A DNA stretch of 64,000 nucleotides from Nitrospirae bacterium GWF2_44_13 (GCA_001805105.1 MHEE01000013.1:23826-87825); one strand, 5' to 3'. Positions 37,213-46,709 are shown, counted from the first letter of the stretch. Numbers and translations: made by a program. Notes: generated by a model not told the origin, from the letters alone.

Positions 37213-38385
37213 TTACTTCACTTCACGTCCCGAATATTTTGCGAACACCAGAGCCGTAGTCCTGTATGCCATATGCGCCATCTTCGAAAACGGCGCATAG
37301 GCAAAAAGAAAAAATACAGCCACAAGATGAGTGAAATACACAGGATATGCGAGAATAGGGATATTAGCGAGCCTTAAAACCTCTGAAAGAATCCCGGTCG
37401 TCACGATAGTTAATATTACGCTGATAAAGAGCCAGTCATAATAGCTTCCGCTTCCTGCCTTTTCAGCATTCTTCTGCCTGTTTGTGATGACCAGAAGTAT
37501 TCCTGAAAGAAGCACGAGGGCGCTGATGTTTCCGAATATCTTCATAGGGTCATACTGAGGATAGGGTGTTTCTCCAAAGTGAAAGATGGCAGTCGGCTGA
37601 ATACCGAAAATTTCATAGCCATATAAATAGGCAACGCCCCAGGCAGTTGTAATAGCAAGGCCGACAAAACCAAAAAATACGAACATATGAGAATTAGCGC
37701 GCTCAACTGTTACATCACATTTCTTAAATCTCTTATGGGTCACGAACTCAAGAATAGTATTAATGATGATCATGAGCATCGGGCCTTTAACCTTCTTCTG
37801 CCACGGGTTGTCGCTTATATCCACGCCTGATTTAAGGTCTTTCCAGTATCTTGTTATTCCCATTATAAACCCGGCCAACGCAAACAATGCCGCGGCGCTG
37901 AATATAACGTCGATGTAGGGAACTTTCATGAAAGTCTCTGCATATACTATCTTTCCTTCAGGGATAAGGGAATGCCCCTGCATCATCAGAGCAAGTATAA
38001 AGATAATTACCGGCACCACGAGAAGAGCAAGCAGGGCTTTCGGACTGCCTACGGCCTTTCCGAGAAAGCTTGGGAAGGCGTAATGCTCTATGCTCAGTTT
38101 TCTTATCGCACCGAGCACTTCACCGGGCTTCGCCCCTCTGGGACAATATGCTGTGCAGTCGCTGCACTGATGACAGAGCCATATATCGGGATTGCTGAGA
38201 AGCTTATCTTTCAGCCCCCACTGCGCGTGCAGCATTTCTTTTCTCGGGAAAGGCTTGTCATCAGGCGTCACATTGCATACAACTGAGCAGGTTGCGCACT
38301 GAAAACATTTTTTGAGAGACTCTCCTCCGGAACTGATAACATCGTTTATAAAATTTAAGTCAGATTTAATAATCTGTTCTGCCAT
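37213..38385 (-). CDS. qmoC: quinone-interacting membrane-bound oxidoreductase subunit QmoC (HdrC-like FeS + heme-b membrane domain)
   Basis: ORF track, 390 aa. CFQCATCSVVC and CHQCSDCTAYCP ferredoxin-like motifs, then ~6 TM helices. Follows qmoAB. Confidence 0.85.
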   Translation of the reverse strand: MAEQIIKSDLNFINDVISSGGESLKKCFQCATCSVVCNVTPDDKPFPRKEMLHAQWGLKDKLLSNPDIWLCHQCSDCTAYCPRGAKPGEVLGAIRKLSIEHYAFPSFLGKAVGSPKALLALLVVPVIIFILALMMQGHSLIPEGKIVYAETFMKVPYIDVIFSAAALFALAGFIMGITRYWKDLKSGVDISDNPWQKKVKGPMLMIIINTILEFVTHKRFKKCDVTVERANSHMFVFFGFVGLAITTAWGVAYLYGYEIFGIQPTAIFHFGETPYPQYDPMKIFGNISALVLLSGILLVITNRQKNAEKAGSGSYYDWLFISVILTIVTTGILSEVLRLANIPILAYPVYFTHLVAVFFLFAYAPFSKMAHMAYRTTALVFAKYSGREVK

Positions 38386-38399
38386 TGACTCCTCCTCTT

Positions 38400-38469
38400 G
38401 TTATAAGTTATAAGTTTAAAGTTAGAAGTTTTTGAACTTTTCACTTTTCACTTTTAACTCTCAACTCCC
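38400..38469. repeat. inverted heptanucleotide arrays filling the qmoB-qmoC intercistronic spacer
   Basis: Read directly: GTTATAA GTTATAA GTTTAAA GTTAGAA GTTTTTG, then AACTTTT CACTTTT CACTTTT AACTCTC AACTCCC. The two arms are approximately complementary. Confidence 0.85.
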
Positions 38470-38473
38470 TTAT

Positions 38474-40699
38474 CTAAAATTCCTTAAACGGATTCGGTCC
38501 TATTTCTTCCACCCTGCTTACAAAATCCTCTATCATCTGGGGCAGCTTGTCGTATTCGTTTATTGCGACCTGCACAAGCTGGCATCTGTCGGATTCCAGT
38601 TGAAGCTTGTCGAGTGTCTCCTTGACCTTGCTAAACCTGTAATTTGCCAGTTCGCTTCCTTTTATAAAGTGGCATTGATAGTTCTCGCCGTACTTGCAGC
38701 CGAGAAGCATCAGCCCGTCAATCCCCCTTGAAAACGCATCAGAAACCCATACCAGGTTCATTGAGCCAAGACACCTCACAGGTATAATCCTTACCTTGGG
38801 ATTTAATTTAATGCGTTTTATCGCAGCGCTGTCCAATGCCGGGTATGCGTCATTTTCACATGCAAGCACTATTATCCTGAACTCGTCTTCATCCACTTCT
38901 ATGGACTTTATCATTGACCCGACCATATCAACGCTGAAGTCTTTGAATGATACAATTCTTTCAGGACAGGCGCCCATACATGTGCCGCATCTGCGGCAGC
39001 GGTTGAGCTTATAAAACGGCGTGCCCTTGTCATCTTCTTCTATTGCGCTGAAGGGGCATTCCTCCGTGCATCTTTTGCATGAAGTGCATTTGATCATCAT
39101 AGGATCAGGGAAGGTTACATCCCACGCCCTCGGATGGACTGCAATGCCTTTTGCAATATGTTCAACGCACTGAATTGCCTTTAAGGCCGCGCCTGCAGCG
39201 TCTTCCGTAGCGTCCGCCATTGTCATCGGCTGTTTTACGCAGCCGGCGGCATAGACTCCTGTTCTTCTTGTCTCATACTGAAAGCATATGAAGCCCGAGT
39301 CTGCAAATCCGTATGCGCCTTCAAGCGTCGGGATTTCGGGACCCTGTTTGTATGCAAGATTCAAAATAAATTCCGGTTTTGGTGTGTTATCAAGATATTC
39401 CTTCTTTGCTATATCGCCTTTCTTACCTGCTTCAGTAAGTCCATCAAGATATTCCTGCGGGGCGCGTGTGGCAGGCACTATGCCTGTGGCAAGCACGACA
39501 AGGTCCGCCTCCACCTTTATTTTTTCTCCAAGCAGCGTGTTCTCGGCCTCCACAAAAAGATTGCCGTTGCCGGCGTCGCTTATGCCTGTTACCTCAGCCT
39601 TTGTCAATAAAACACCGGGATCATTCTGCATGTTTTTATAGAAGATTTCTGTCTGTCCGGGTGTCCTGATATCTTTATAAAATATCATCGCAATTGCGTC
39701 GCCGTTTTTCTCTCTTATGTACTTGGCCTGTTTAAGTGAGGTGCCGCAGCAGAATGATGAGCAGTACGGGAGATGGTTCGGGTCCCTTGAGCCTGCGCAT
39801 TGAATGAATGCGACCTTCTTTGCCTCTTTACCGTCTGAAGGACGGGTTATCTTTCCCTTCTTTGCCATCTCTTCCATCTGGACATTCGTGATTACATTGG
39901 GCTTGCCGTATCCGAGATGTTCAAGCTTTGAGGCGTCATAGGGCTTCCATCCAACAGCCATGATGACCGCTCCTACCTTAACGGTTTCGCTGTTTCCGTT
40001 CTTTCTGATTGTCACGTCAAAAAGTCCGGGCTGCCCTTCGGTCTTTTCTATTGTCGATGATTTAAAAACCTTGATGTTGGAATGCGCCTCAACTTCTTTT
40101 ATCCTGTCAAATATCTTAGGTTCTTCCAGTTTGTCAAACGGCTCCTGCCTCGGCGTTTCCTTATAAAGTTTTGCAGCCCAGCCGCCAAGCTCTGCTTCCT
40201 TTTCTACAAGCACCACCTGATAACCTGCTTTGGCTGACTCAATCGCTGCAGACAGTCCAGCAGTTCCTCCGCCAACGACGAGTATGGTATTGCTAAGGTC
40301 AGGGAGGATACTAGGTTCAGGAAGGTCACCTTTCTGCGTCTTGATTATTCCCATTACCATATAATCGTCTGCAAGGCTTTGTGCGTCACTGCTCATCGGC
40401 TCCGCAGTCCACGCAACAAATTCTCTCAGGTTGACCCTTTCCGTTATAGTGCAGGGGAAATCAAATTCATCTGTTTTTACACGCGGCGAACATGCGCCGA
40501 TGATTAAAGTATTTGTGCCTTCTTTTATATCATTTTTTATTAACTCCAAACCTTCAGGGCCGCATAAGACCTGGTGCTCTTTTATAATATCTGCAGGGAC
40601 CTTGCCCTTTAATGCGACCCTTTTTTTGAGTTTTTCAAAATCAATCGCTTCACCGATGCCGCAGCCTTTGCACATATATACGCCGAATTTCTTTTCCAT
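38474..40699 (-). CDS. qmoB: QmoB (HdrA-like flavoprotein with FeS and MvhD-like domains)
   Basis: ORF track, 741 aa. FAD-binding VVGGGTAGLSAA, CxxCxxCxxxCP clusters, and its position between qmoA and qmoC. Confidence 0.9.
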   Translation of the reverse strand: MEKKFGVYMCKGCGIGEAIDFEKLKKRVALKGKVPADIIKEHQVLCGPEGLELIKNDIKEGTNTLIIGACSPRVKTDEFDFPCTITERVNLREFVAWTAEPMSSDAQSLADDYMVMGIIKTQKGDLPEPSILPDLSNTILVVGGGTAGLSAAIESAKAGYQVVLVEKEAELGGWAAKLYKETPRQEPFDKLEEPKIFDRIKEVEAHSNIKVFKSSTIEKTEGQPGLFDVTIRKNGNSETVKVGAVIMAVGWKPYDASKLEHLGYGKPNVITNVQMEEMAKKGKITRPSDGKEAKKVAFIQCAGSRDPNHLPYCSSFCCGTSLKQAKYIREKNGDAIAMIFYKDIRTPGQTEIFYKNMQNDPGVLLTKAEVTGISDAGNGNLFVEAENTLLGEKIKVEADLVVLATGIVPATRAPQEYLDGLTEAGKKGDIAKKEYLDNTPKPEFILNLAYKQGPEIPTLEGAYGFADSGFICFQYETRRTGVYAAGCVKQPMTMADATEDAAGAALKAIQCVEHIAKGIAVHPRAWDVTFPDPMMIKCTSCKRCTEECPFSAIEEDDKGTPFYKLNRCRRCGTCMGACPERIVSFKDFSVDMVGSMIKSIEVDEDEFRIIVLACENDAYPALDSAAIKRIKLNPKVRIIPVRCLGSMNLVWVSDAFSRGIDGLMLLGCKYGENYQCHFIKGSELANYRFSKVKETLDKLQLESDRCQLVQVAINEYDKLPQMIEDFVSRVEEIGPNPFKEF

Positions 40700-40705
40700 A
40701 TGTCT

Positions 40706-41959
40706 CTACCTCCTCGCGCTCTGAATGGTTTTGATTGCGACCCCTGTTGCATCCTGAACCGATTTTGCAACGTCAACAGGACTCTTCGCCGTTCCGACCG
40801 CGTACATGCCTTTCTTTAAGTATGACGCTACTACAAAACCATCGTGTGTATATGAAATCTCGCCAGGTACCTTTGAAGCCTTTGTTGAGGGCACCATACC
40901 GGCTGCAAGTACAACCATATCGTATTTTTCAGTAATCTTATTGCCCGCCAATACGTCTTCTACCACTAATTCAACATCACCGGTCGCGCTGTCTTCCGTA
41001 ATCTTGGCGACCTTGCCCTTTGTCAGCGTTACATTCGGGTCTTCCTTGACCTTCCAGTAAAACTGTTCATACCTGCCGGGGGTCCTGATGTCAATATAGA
41101 ATATCCGCACCTTGGAATCAGGATACTGCTCCCTTAAATATGTGGCCTGTTTCAAAGAAGCCATGCAGCAGATATATGAGCAGTACGGCAGGTGGTTTTC
41201 ATCCCTGCTCCCGGCGCACTGGACAAAGGCGATGTTCTTGACTTCCTTTCCGTCGGATGGCCTCAGTATCTTACCGGATGTCGGACCATTTATCGAGGCG
41301 AGCCTCTCCATCTGCATATTAGTTATTACATTCTTGATATTCCCGCCGCCGAGGTTATCCAGCTTGGCCGTGTCATATAAGTCCCAGCCTGTTGCAATAA
41401 CAACTGACGCCACATTCAGATTGACCGTATCGGGCTTCATATCAAGATCAATTGCATCGTATTTGCATGCCTCAACGCATTTTGCGCATGACTTCCCCTT
41501 ACAGTGCTTGCCGTCAATGGCATACTTAAACGGAAAAGCTTGATTGTGGGTAATGTATGCGGCCTTTGTCTTATCGAGACCGAAGTTGAATTCATTCGGC
41601 ATCTCAACAGGACATGCCTCATTGCAGGCATTGCAGCCGACACACTTGTCATTAATAAACCGCGAGTTAATTTTTATTGTGACATTGTAATTCCCTTCCT
41701 GGCCGGAAATACTCTCAACCTCTGCAAGGGTATAAAAGGAAATGTCCGCATTGTTTTTGATCCTCTTAAAATTTATCTCCAGTCCGCAGTTTGGAGGACA
41801 CAGTTTCGGGAAATACTTATTCAATTGGGTTACCCTTCCTCCGAGAAACGGGGTCTTTTCCACAATAACCACATCTGATCCTGCCTCAGCCGATTCAACT
41901 GCGGCAGTAAGCCCGCTGAACCCTCCTCCGATTACTAAAACCTTTTTCTTTTCTGCCAT
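40706..41959 (-). CDS. qmoA: QmoA (HdrA-like flavoprotein)
   Basis: ORF track, 417 aa. VIGGGFSGLTAA dinucleotide fold and CVGCNACNEACP cluster. Directly downstream of aprA. Confidence 0.9.
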   Translation of the reverse strand: MAEKKKVLVIGGGFSGLTAAVESAEAGSDVVIVEKTPFLGGRVTQLNKYFPKLCPPNCGLEINFKRIKNNADISFYTLAEVESISGQEGNYNVTIKINSRFINDKCVGCNACNEACPVEMPNEFNFGLDKTKAAYITHNQAFPFKYAIDGKHCKGKSCAKCVEACKYDAIDLDMKPDTVNLNVASVVIATGWDLYDTAKLDNLGGGNIKNVITNMQMERLASINGPTSGKILRPSDGKEVKNIAFVQCAGSRDENHLPYCSYICCMASLKQATYLREQYPDSKVRIFYIDIRTPGRYEQFYWKVKEDPNVTLTKGKVAKITEDSATGDVELVVEDVLAGNKITEKYDMVVLAAGMVPSTKASKVPGEISYTHDGFVVASYLKKGMYAVGTAKSPVDVAKSVQDATGVAIKTIQSARR

Positions 41960-42000
41960 CTTTATCCTCCTTAAGGCAGTAAGTATTTCTCTTTAGTCCA

Positions 42001-42068
42001 TTGTCATTTCTGCGAAAACAGGAATCTGTATTTTCTCATCCGGATTCCCGCTTTTGCGGGAATGACAA
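42001..42068. repeat. REP-like hairpin doublet in inverted orientation (intact copy ATTCCCGC-TTTT-GCGGGAAT plus degenerate copy)
   Basis: Read directly. 42001-42026 is TTGTCATTTCTGCGAAAACAGGAATC. The reverse complement of 42041-42068 is TTGTCATTCCCGCAAAAGCGGGAATCCG. Identity is 21/26. Confidence 0.7.
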
Positions 42069-42119
42069 AACAATAACATTTACTAACTGAAAACTTTTTG
42101 CAACTTGCTGTAAACTTAT

Positions 42120-42148
42120 GGGGAGGGCTTAGCTTATTAGCCCTCCCC
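42120..42148 (-). promoter_or_regulatory. strong stem-loop 12 nt after the aprA stop (mRNA stabiliser or partial terminator)
   Basis: GGGGAGGGCT / AGCCCTCCCC 10-bp stem with a 9-nt loop. No clear U-run on the minus strand. Confidence 0.55.
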
Positions 42149-42160
42149 ATATAACATCAT

Positions 42161-44164
42161 CTACTTGAACATCTGAACGTACGGCACTTTCTTTAACTCC
42201 CATGTGTTGTTTTCTGCATTGTATGTAGAGTTTGTGAAGCACTTCCAGTTCGCATCATCAATCTTGTTGTAGTCACCCCTGTAGTAGTAACCGGGATATC
42301 TGGATTCCTCTCTGAAGAGCATATGCCTTGCATGTGCCTCTACCGACAGAATTCTGTGGTAATTTTCAAAGCATCTCAAGAGATCATGGAGATTTGATGC
42401 CGCCATCTTGCCTGCATCCTCTTTGAGCATCTCAAGCTGCTTTAATCCTTCTTCAAGCATGGTTTTTGAGGTCATGTACCATGTGGCTACTCCGCCAAAG
42501 TATTCATCCGATATCTTCATCAGTCTTGCCTGAAGCGCTTTCGGTCCAATATAGTTCGGGTTAACGCCAGGTTCGGTTGTATAGGTTTTGTGTTTCTCAT
42601 AAATCTCAAACGGCAGATAAAGTTCGGCCGCAATCTCATCAAGAGACATTTTGGGCGCCGGCTTGTAGCCTGCATTATCGAGGATGTATGCTATTGCACC
42701 CTTTGCTGCCTGCCTGCCCTCTGCATGAGACCCTGATGAGAATTTGTGTCCCGATGCTCCGACAACGTCGCCTGCCATAAAGAGACCGGGTACAGTAGAC
42801 ATTCTGTTATATCCCCAAGAATAATGCTCGGGTGTGCCGGCAATATCGCCAGGGCCGCTTACCCAGAACCCTGCACAGCCTGCGTGCGAGCCGAGCAGAT
42901 AAGGCTCTGTAGGCATAATCTCGGAAACGCTCTTATCCGGCTCAATGTTCCTTGCTGCCCAAAGAGACGCCTGTCCGATAGCCATGTCAAGGAAGTCTTC
43001 CCATGCCTCTGCCTCAAGGTGTTTCATCTTCTTGGCACCTTCTTTATCGCCAAGTTTCTCTTTAAAGGCTGTGCCTAATGCCTTCATCGCCGCAGGAGTT
43101 TGCATAAGAATCGGGCCTCTGCCGTCCTTCATGGCCCTCATCATTAGATGGTTTCTTATAGCTGTACCGAGACCTTTTGCATAGTCTCCGTATCTGGCTA
43201 CTGCGTCATCAAAATATTCCTTATCCGCACAGTAATCATTGCCAAAGCTGTCTGTTGCTTTAGCTTTAAAGAACAGAAACCATGCGCCGACAGGACCATA
43301 ACCATCTTTAAATCTTGCTGGTACGAACCTGTTTTCCATCAAGGTAAGCTCTGCTCCTGCCTGCATTCCGAAGGCATAACCTGAACCCGCGCTGAACACG
43401 GGATACCATGTCCTTCCCATACCCTCGCCGACCGACCTCGGCCTGAAGCAGTTAACCGCTCCGGCAGTTGCACAGATCATTGCCTTTGCCTTAAAGGAAT
43501 AAATCTTGTTTTCTCTTGTGCTGAATCCGATGGCTGCTGCCACGTTTTTGCCGTTCGTATCTTTTACGGCTTTCACTATGAATACCCTCTCAAAGTGGTT
43601 CTGCTCCATGCCGGTTTTTTCCCGGTTGGTCTGGAGCGCCTTCTTTGCTGCCTCTGCAACAATCACTTTGTAGGACTCACCGTTAATCATTATTTGCCAT
43701 TTGCCGGATCTGACCGGCATGCCACCATCCTTTAATGACTTCTTTCCGGCCTCAGCAGCCTGAAAACCGTCAAGTGAAAAACCGTCATCGCCTTTCTTCC
43801 AGATCGGAAGACCCCATTCTTCAAAGAGTTGAACTGAATCGTCAACATGCCTGCCAAGGTCAAATACAAGGTCCTCCCTAATTATACCCATCAGGTCATT
43901 TCTCACGTATTTGACATAATCCTCAACCTTGTTCTCACCGATATATGTATTGATCGCGGACAGACCCATTGCAACGGCGCCGCTTCTGTCTGTTGCTGCT
44001 TTATCAACCATGACAACCTTCAGTCCCTTTTCATTGGCCCAGCGGCATGCCTCATAAGCTGCGCCGCATCCTGCCATGCCTCCGCCCATGATCAGAAGAT
44101 CACACTCAACTTCGGTTACTTCAGGCCTCTTACAATATGAAAATGTACAAGTTTCTTTTTCCAT
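42161..44164 (-). CDS. aprA: adenylylsulfate (APS) reductase alpha subunit
   Basis: ORF track, 667 aa. FAD fold LIMGGGMAGCGAA, fumarate-reductase-like flavoprotein body, paired with aprB upstream. Confidence 0.95.
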   Translation of the reverse strand: MEKETCTFSYCKRPEVTEVECDLLIMGGGMAGCGAAYEACRWANEKGLKVVMVDKAATDRSGAVAMGLSAINTYIGENKVEDYVKYVRNDLMGIIREDLVFDLGRHVDDSVQLFEEWGLPIWKKGDDGFSLDGFQAAEAGKKSLKDGGMPVRSGKWQIMINGESYKVIVAEAAKKALQTNREKTGMEQNHFERVFIVKAVKDTNGKNVAAAIGFSTRENKIYSFKAKAMICATAGAVNCFRPRSVGEGMGRTWYPVFSAGSGYAFGMQAGAELTLMENRFVPARFKDGYGPVGAWFLFFKAKATDSFGNDYCADKEYFDDAVARYGDYAKGLGTAIRNHLMMRAMKDGRGPILMQTPAAMKALGTAFKEKLGDKEGAKKMKHLEAEAWEDFLDMAIGQASLWAARNIEPDKSVSEIMPTEPYLLGSHAGCAGFWVSGPGDIAGTPEHYSWGYNRMSTVPGLFMAGDVVGASGHKFSSGSHAEGRQAAKGAIAYILDNAGYKPAPKMSLDEIAAELYLPFEIYEKHKTYTTEPGVNPNYIGPKALQARLMKISDEYFGGVATWYMTSKTMLEEGLKQLEMLKEDAGKMAASNLHDLLRCFENYHRILSVEAHARHMLFREESRYPGYYYRGDYNKIDDANWKCFTNSTYNAENNTWELKKVPYVQMFK

Positions 44165-44177
44165 TTATACCTACCTC

Positions 44178-44597
44178 CTATTCTGTTCTTGCCGGCCCGT
44201 TAAAGAACCCCGGCTGTTTAAGCGTTGCAAAATCCGGCGCCGGCTTGCCTGCATACGGATCAACGGAACCTTCTGTTGTTGTTCTTATAGGGAACTTAAA
44301 TCTCTTCAATACCCCATTCCTGAACTTGATCGTCCACATAATAGAGTCGGTGCCTCTCAATGGGATAGTGCTGGACCCAAGGGGAACAAAGTCTGAATAA
44401 CCCCTGACCTCAATGGCCTGCTGAGGGCATATCTTCACACAGTTAAAGCACTCCCAGCACTGCTCGGGTTCCTGATTGTATGCCTTCATCTTTTCCCTGT
44501 CAAGCGCCATCAAATCATGAGGACAGATATACTGACATGCAGTCTTATCCTGCGCCTTGCAACCGTCACACTTTTCTGTAATAACAAAACTCGGCAT
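44178..44597 (-). CDS. aprB: adenylylsulfate (APS) reductase beta subunit
   Basis: ORF track, 139 aa. MPSFVITEKCDGCK...CQYICPHD and CWECFNCVKICP two-[4Fe-4S] motifs with an extended C-terminal tail. Confidence 0.95.
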   Translation of the reverse strand: MPSFVITEKCDGCKAQDKTACQYICPHDLMALDREKMKAYNQEPEQCWECFNCVKICPQQAIEVRGYSDFVPLGSSTIPLRGTDSIMWTIKFRNGVLKRFKFPIRTTTEGSVDPYAGKPAPDFATLKQPGFFNGPARTE

Positions 44598-44700
44598 TTT
44601 TACCTCCTTCAGCGATATTGTTTTTAATACAAAATCGGCTTTAGCTTAAAGCCGTAAATCTCTTACTTATTCCTTCACCCCCTTTTCATTAAGTTTATAG

Positions 44701-44764
44701 TGTCAGTGGCAAATCTTACTGACACTAGCCACTGATACTGAATACTGATTTACTGACACTGTTA
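44701..44764. repeat. heptanucleotide array of the ACTGNNN/CAGT family in the sat-aprB spacer
   Basis: Read directly: TGTCAGT ...TTACTGA CACTAGC CACTGAT ACTGAAT ACTGATT TACTGAC ACTGTTA. Confidence 0.7.
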
Positions 44765-44808
44765 TCTTATGCGCCTTTAGAATATTTATGAACTTTAATT
44801 TCGACAAT

Positions 44809-46008
44809 TTATTTTTCAAGACTCTGATAATACTTAATCAGAATTTCAGCCACTTCAGGACGTGAAAATTCTTTAGGCGGCGCAATACCCTTGCCTAACA
44901 TTTCACGAACTTTTGTACCTGAAAGCAGAACAAAGTCTTCTTTTGTATGATCAGGCGCTTCACACATCATCATAACCTTTTTCAGTTTCTTAGAGTATGC
45001 AGTGTGGTCAGCCTTGAAGATCTCAATTTTCAGCGCACCGGCAGGAACTTCCTTATCAAAGATGGTTTGCGCATCGAATGGACCGTAATGATCACCAACA
45101 CCTGCATGGTCACGGCCAACAATAAAGTGGGTTGCGCCCATGTTCTGACGGAATATAGCGTGCAATACACCCTCACGTGGGCCAGCATAAAGCATATCGA
45201 AACCGTAACCAGTAACCATTGCACTGTTTTTCGGGAAGTACAGCTCGACCATCTTACGGATCGCAGCATCACGAACAGGCGCAGGGATATCTCCTTTTTT
45301 CAATTTACCAAGCAACATGTGAATAACCAGGCCATCACAACCTAAACGGTCCATTGCCATATGGCAAAGTTCTTCGTGGGCCAGATGCATCGGGTTACGG
45401 GTCTGGAAAGCAACAACTTTCTTCCAGCCGCGCTCAGCGATTTCGTTACGGATTTCAACTGCGGTACGGAAAGTGTCAGGGAATTCATCCTGGAAGTAAG
45501 AGAAGTTTAGTACTTTAATTGGACCTGACAGACAAACCTTACCCTGAGCATTGAATGCTTCAACACCCGGATGCGCTTCGGGGGGCTTGGGACGGTAAAC
45601 TTTTTCAGACATCATCGCCATATCTGCATCGCTGAATTCTTCAACCGCTTTTACATCCATAACTGCCAGCACAGGATTGCCTTCGACATTTGGATCTTTG
45701 AGGGCAATACGGTCACCTGCTTTAATTTTTCCTGCGTCTTTAACCAGGTTTAAAATTGGGACAGGCCAGAACAAACCGGATGTTGTTTTCATATCTTTAG
45801 CAACAGACAAGGCATCCGCTTTATTCATGTAGCCTGTTAATGGGTTGAAGTAACCGCCACCAAGCATAACTGCATTCGCTGCAGTAGCTGAGCTTACAAT
45901 AATAGAAGGCAGACCTTCAGCTTCTTTCTGCAGGGCTTCATTTTTAGCCGTGTCATATACAAATAGTGGATTTAGTTCGTCTGAACCATGTGGTTTAATC
46001 AATGCCAT
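44809..46008 (-). CDS. sat: sulfate adenylyltransferase (ATP sulfurylase)
   Basis: ORF track. QTRNPMHLAHE and GRDHAGVG motifs. Start moved from the TTG at 46035 to ATG at 46008, which has AGGAGG 5 nt upstream. Confidence 0.95.
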   Translation of the reverse strand: MALIKPHGSDELNPLFVYDTAKNEALQKEAEGLPSIIVSSATAANAVMLGGGYFNPLTGYMNKADALSVAKDMKTTSGLFWPVPILNLVKDAGKIKAGDRIALKDPNVEGNPVLAVMDVKAVEEFSDADMAMMSEKVYRPKPPEAHPGVEAFNAQGKVCLSGPIKVLNFSYFQDEFPDTFRTAVEIRNEIAERGWKKVVAFQTRNPMHLAHEELCHMAMDRLGCDGLVIHMLLGKLKKGDIPAPVRDAAIRKMVELYFPKNSAMVTGYGFDMLYAGPREGVLHAIFRQNMGATHFIVGRDHAGVGDHYGPFDAQTIFDKEVPAGALKIEIFKADHTAYSKKLKKVMMMCEAPDHTKEDFVLLSGTKVREMLGKGIAPPKEFSRPEVAEILIKYYQSLEK

Positions 46009-46061
46009 TTCTTCCTCCTGTTTAGTTTTTATCAATAAAAAAAGCTTTTTCCCCTAAATTT

Positions 46062-46709
46062 CTATTTAAGCCCTAACACTTCACATACTTTTTTGAATAT
46101 GTCGTCTATGCTGCCGGTGCCCTGCACTGACTTCACCATGCCTTTTTTGCCGTAGTAGTCCATAAGCGGAGCTGTCTGGGCATTGTATACCTCAAGCCTC
46201 TTCTTTATAGTCGCTTCCTTGTCATCATCCCTCTGGAAAAGTTCCTTGCCGCACTTATCGCAAACGCCTTCTTTTTTAGGGGCATTAAAATAGATATTAA
46301 ACATCTGGCCGCAGGCCTTGCAGGTCCTTCTTCCGGTAAGGCGTTTCATGAGATCTTCAAATGGGACATCGACGCTGAGGGCCGCAGTTAAAGACATATC
46401 AAGGCTGGCGAGCATCTTATCGAGCTCTTCCGCCTGCTTTGTGTTTCTCGGGAACCCGTCAAGGATGTATCCCTTTTTGCAGTCATCCTTCTTAAGCCTG
46501 TCCTCCACAAGACCCAAAACTACCCTGTCAGGCACCAGTTCTCCTTTGTCCATATAGGACTTTGCCTCTTTGCCGAGCGGCGTGCCCTCCGCTACATTCT
46601 GCCTTAAGATATCGCCTGTTGAAATCTGCGGAATGCCGTATTTGTCAATAAGCTTCTTTGCCTGAGTTCCTTTGCCCGCTCCAGGCGCACCTAACAATAC
46701 TATCCTCAT
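46062..46709 (-). CDS. adk: adenylate kinase (Zn-lid type)
   Basis: ORF track, 215 aa. GAPGAGKGTQ P-loop and lid CKACG...CDKCG. About 53 nt upstream of sat on the same strand. Confidence 0.95.
   Translation of the reverse strand: MRIVLLGAPGAGKGTQAKKLIDKYGIPQISTGDILRQNVAEGTPLGKEAKSYMDKGELVPDRVVLGLVEDRLKKDDCKKGYILDGFPRNTKQAEELDKMLASLDMSLTAALSVDVPFEDLMKRLTGRRTCKACGQMFNIYFNAPKKEGVCDKCGKELFQRDDDKEATIKKRLEVYNAQTAPLMDYYGKKGMVKSVQGTGSIDDIFKKVCEVLGLK

Noticed and set aside
46009-46035. N-terminal extensions proposed by the ORF track: sat from TTG 46035, bamA from 5258, skp from 2887, secY from 61636, mtnA from 16483, dapA from 10365, the kinase from 25262, and the roadblock gene from 6722.
   Set aside because: In each case an internal ATG has a better Shine-Dalgarno sequence, matches the conserved family N-terminus or signal peptide, and avoids long overlaps with the upstream gene or promoter.
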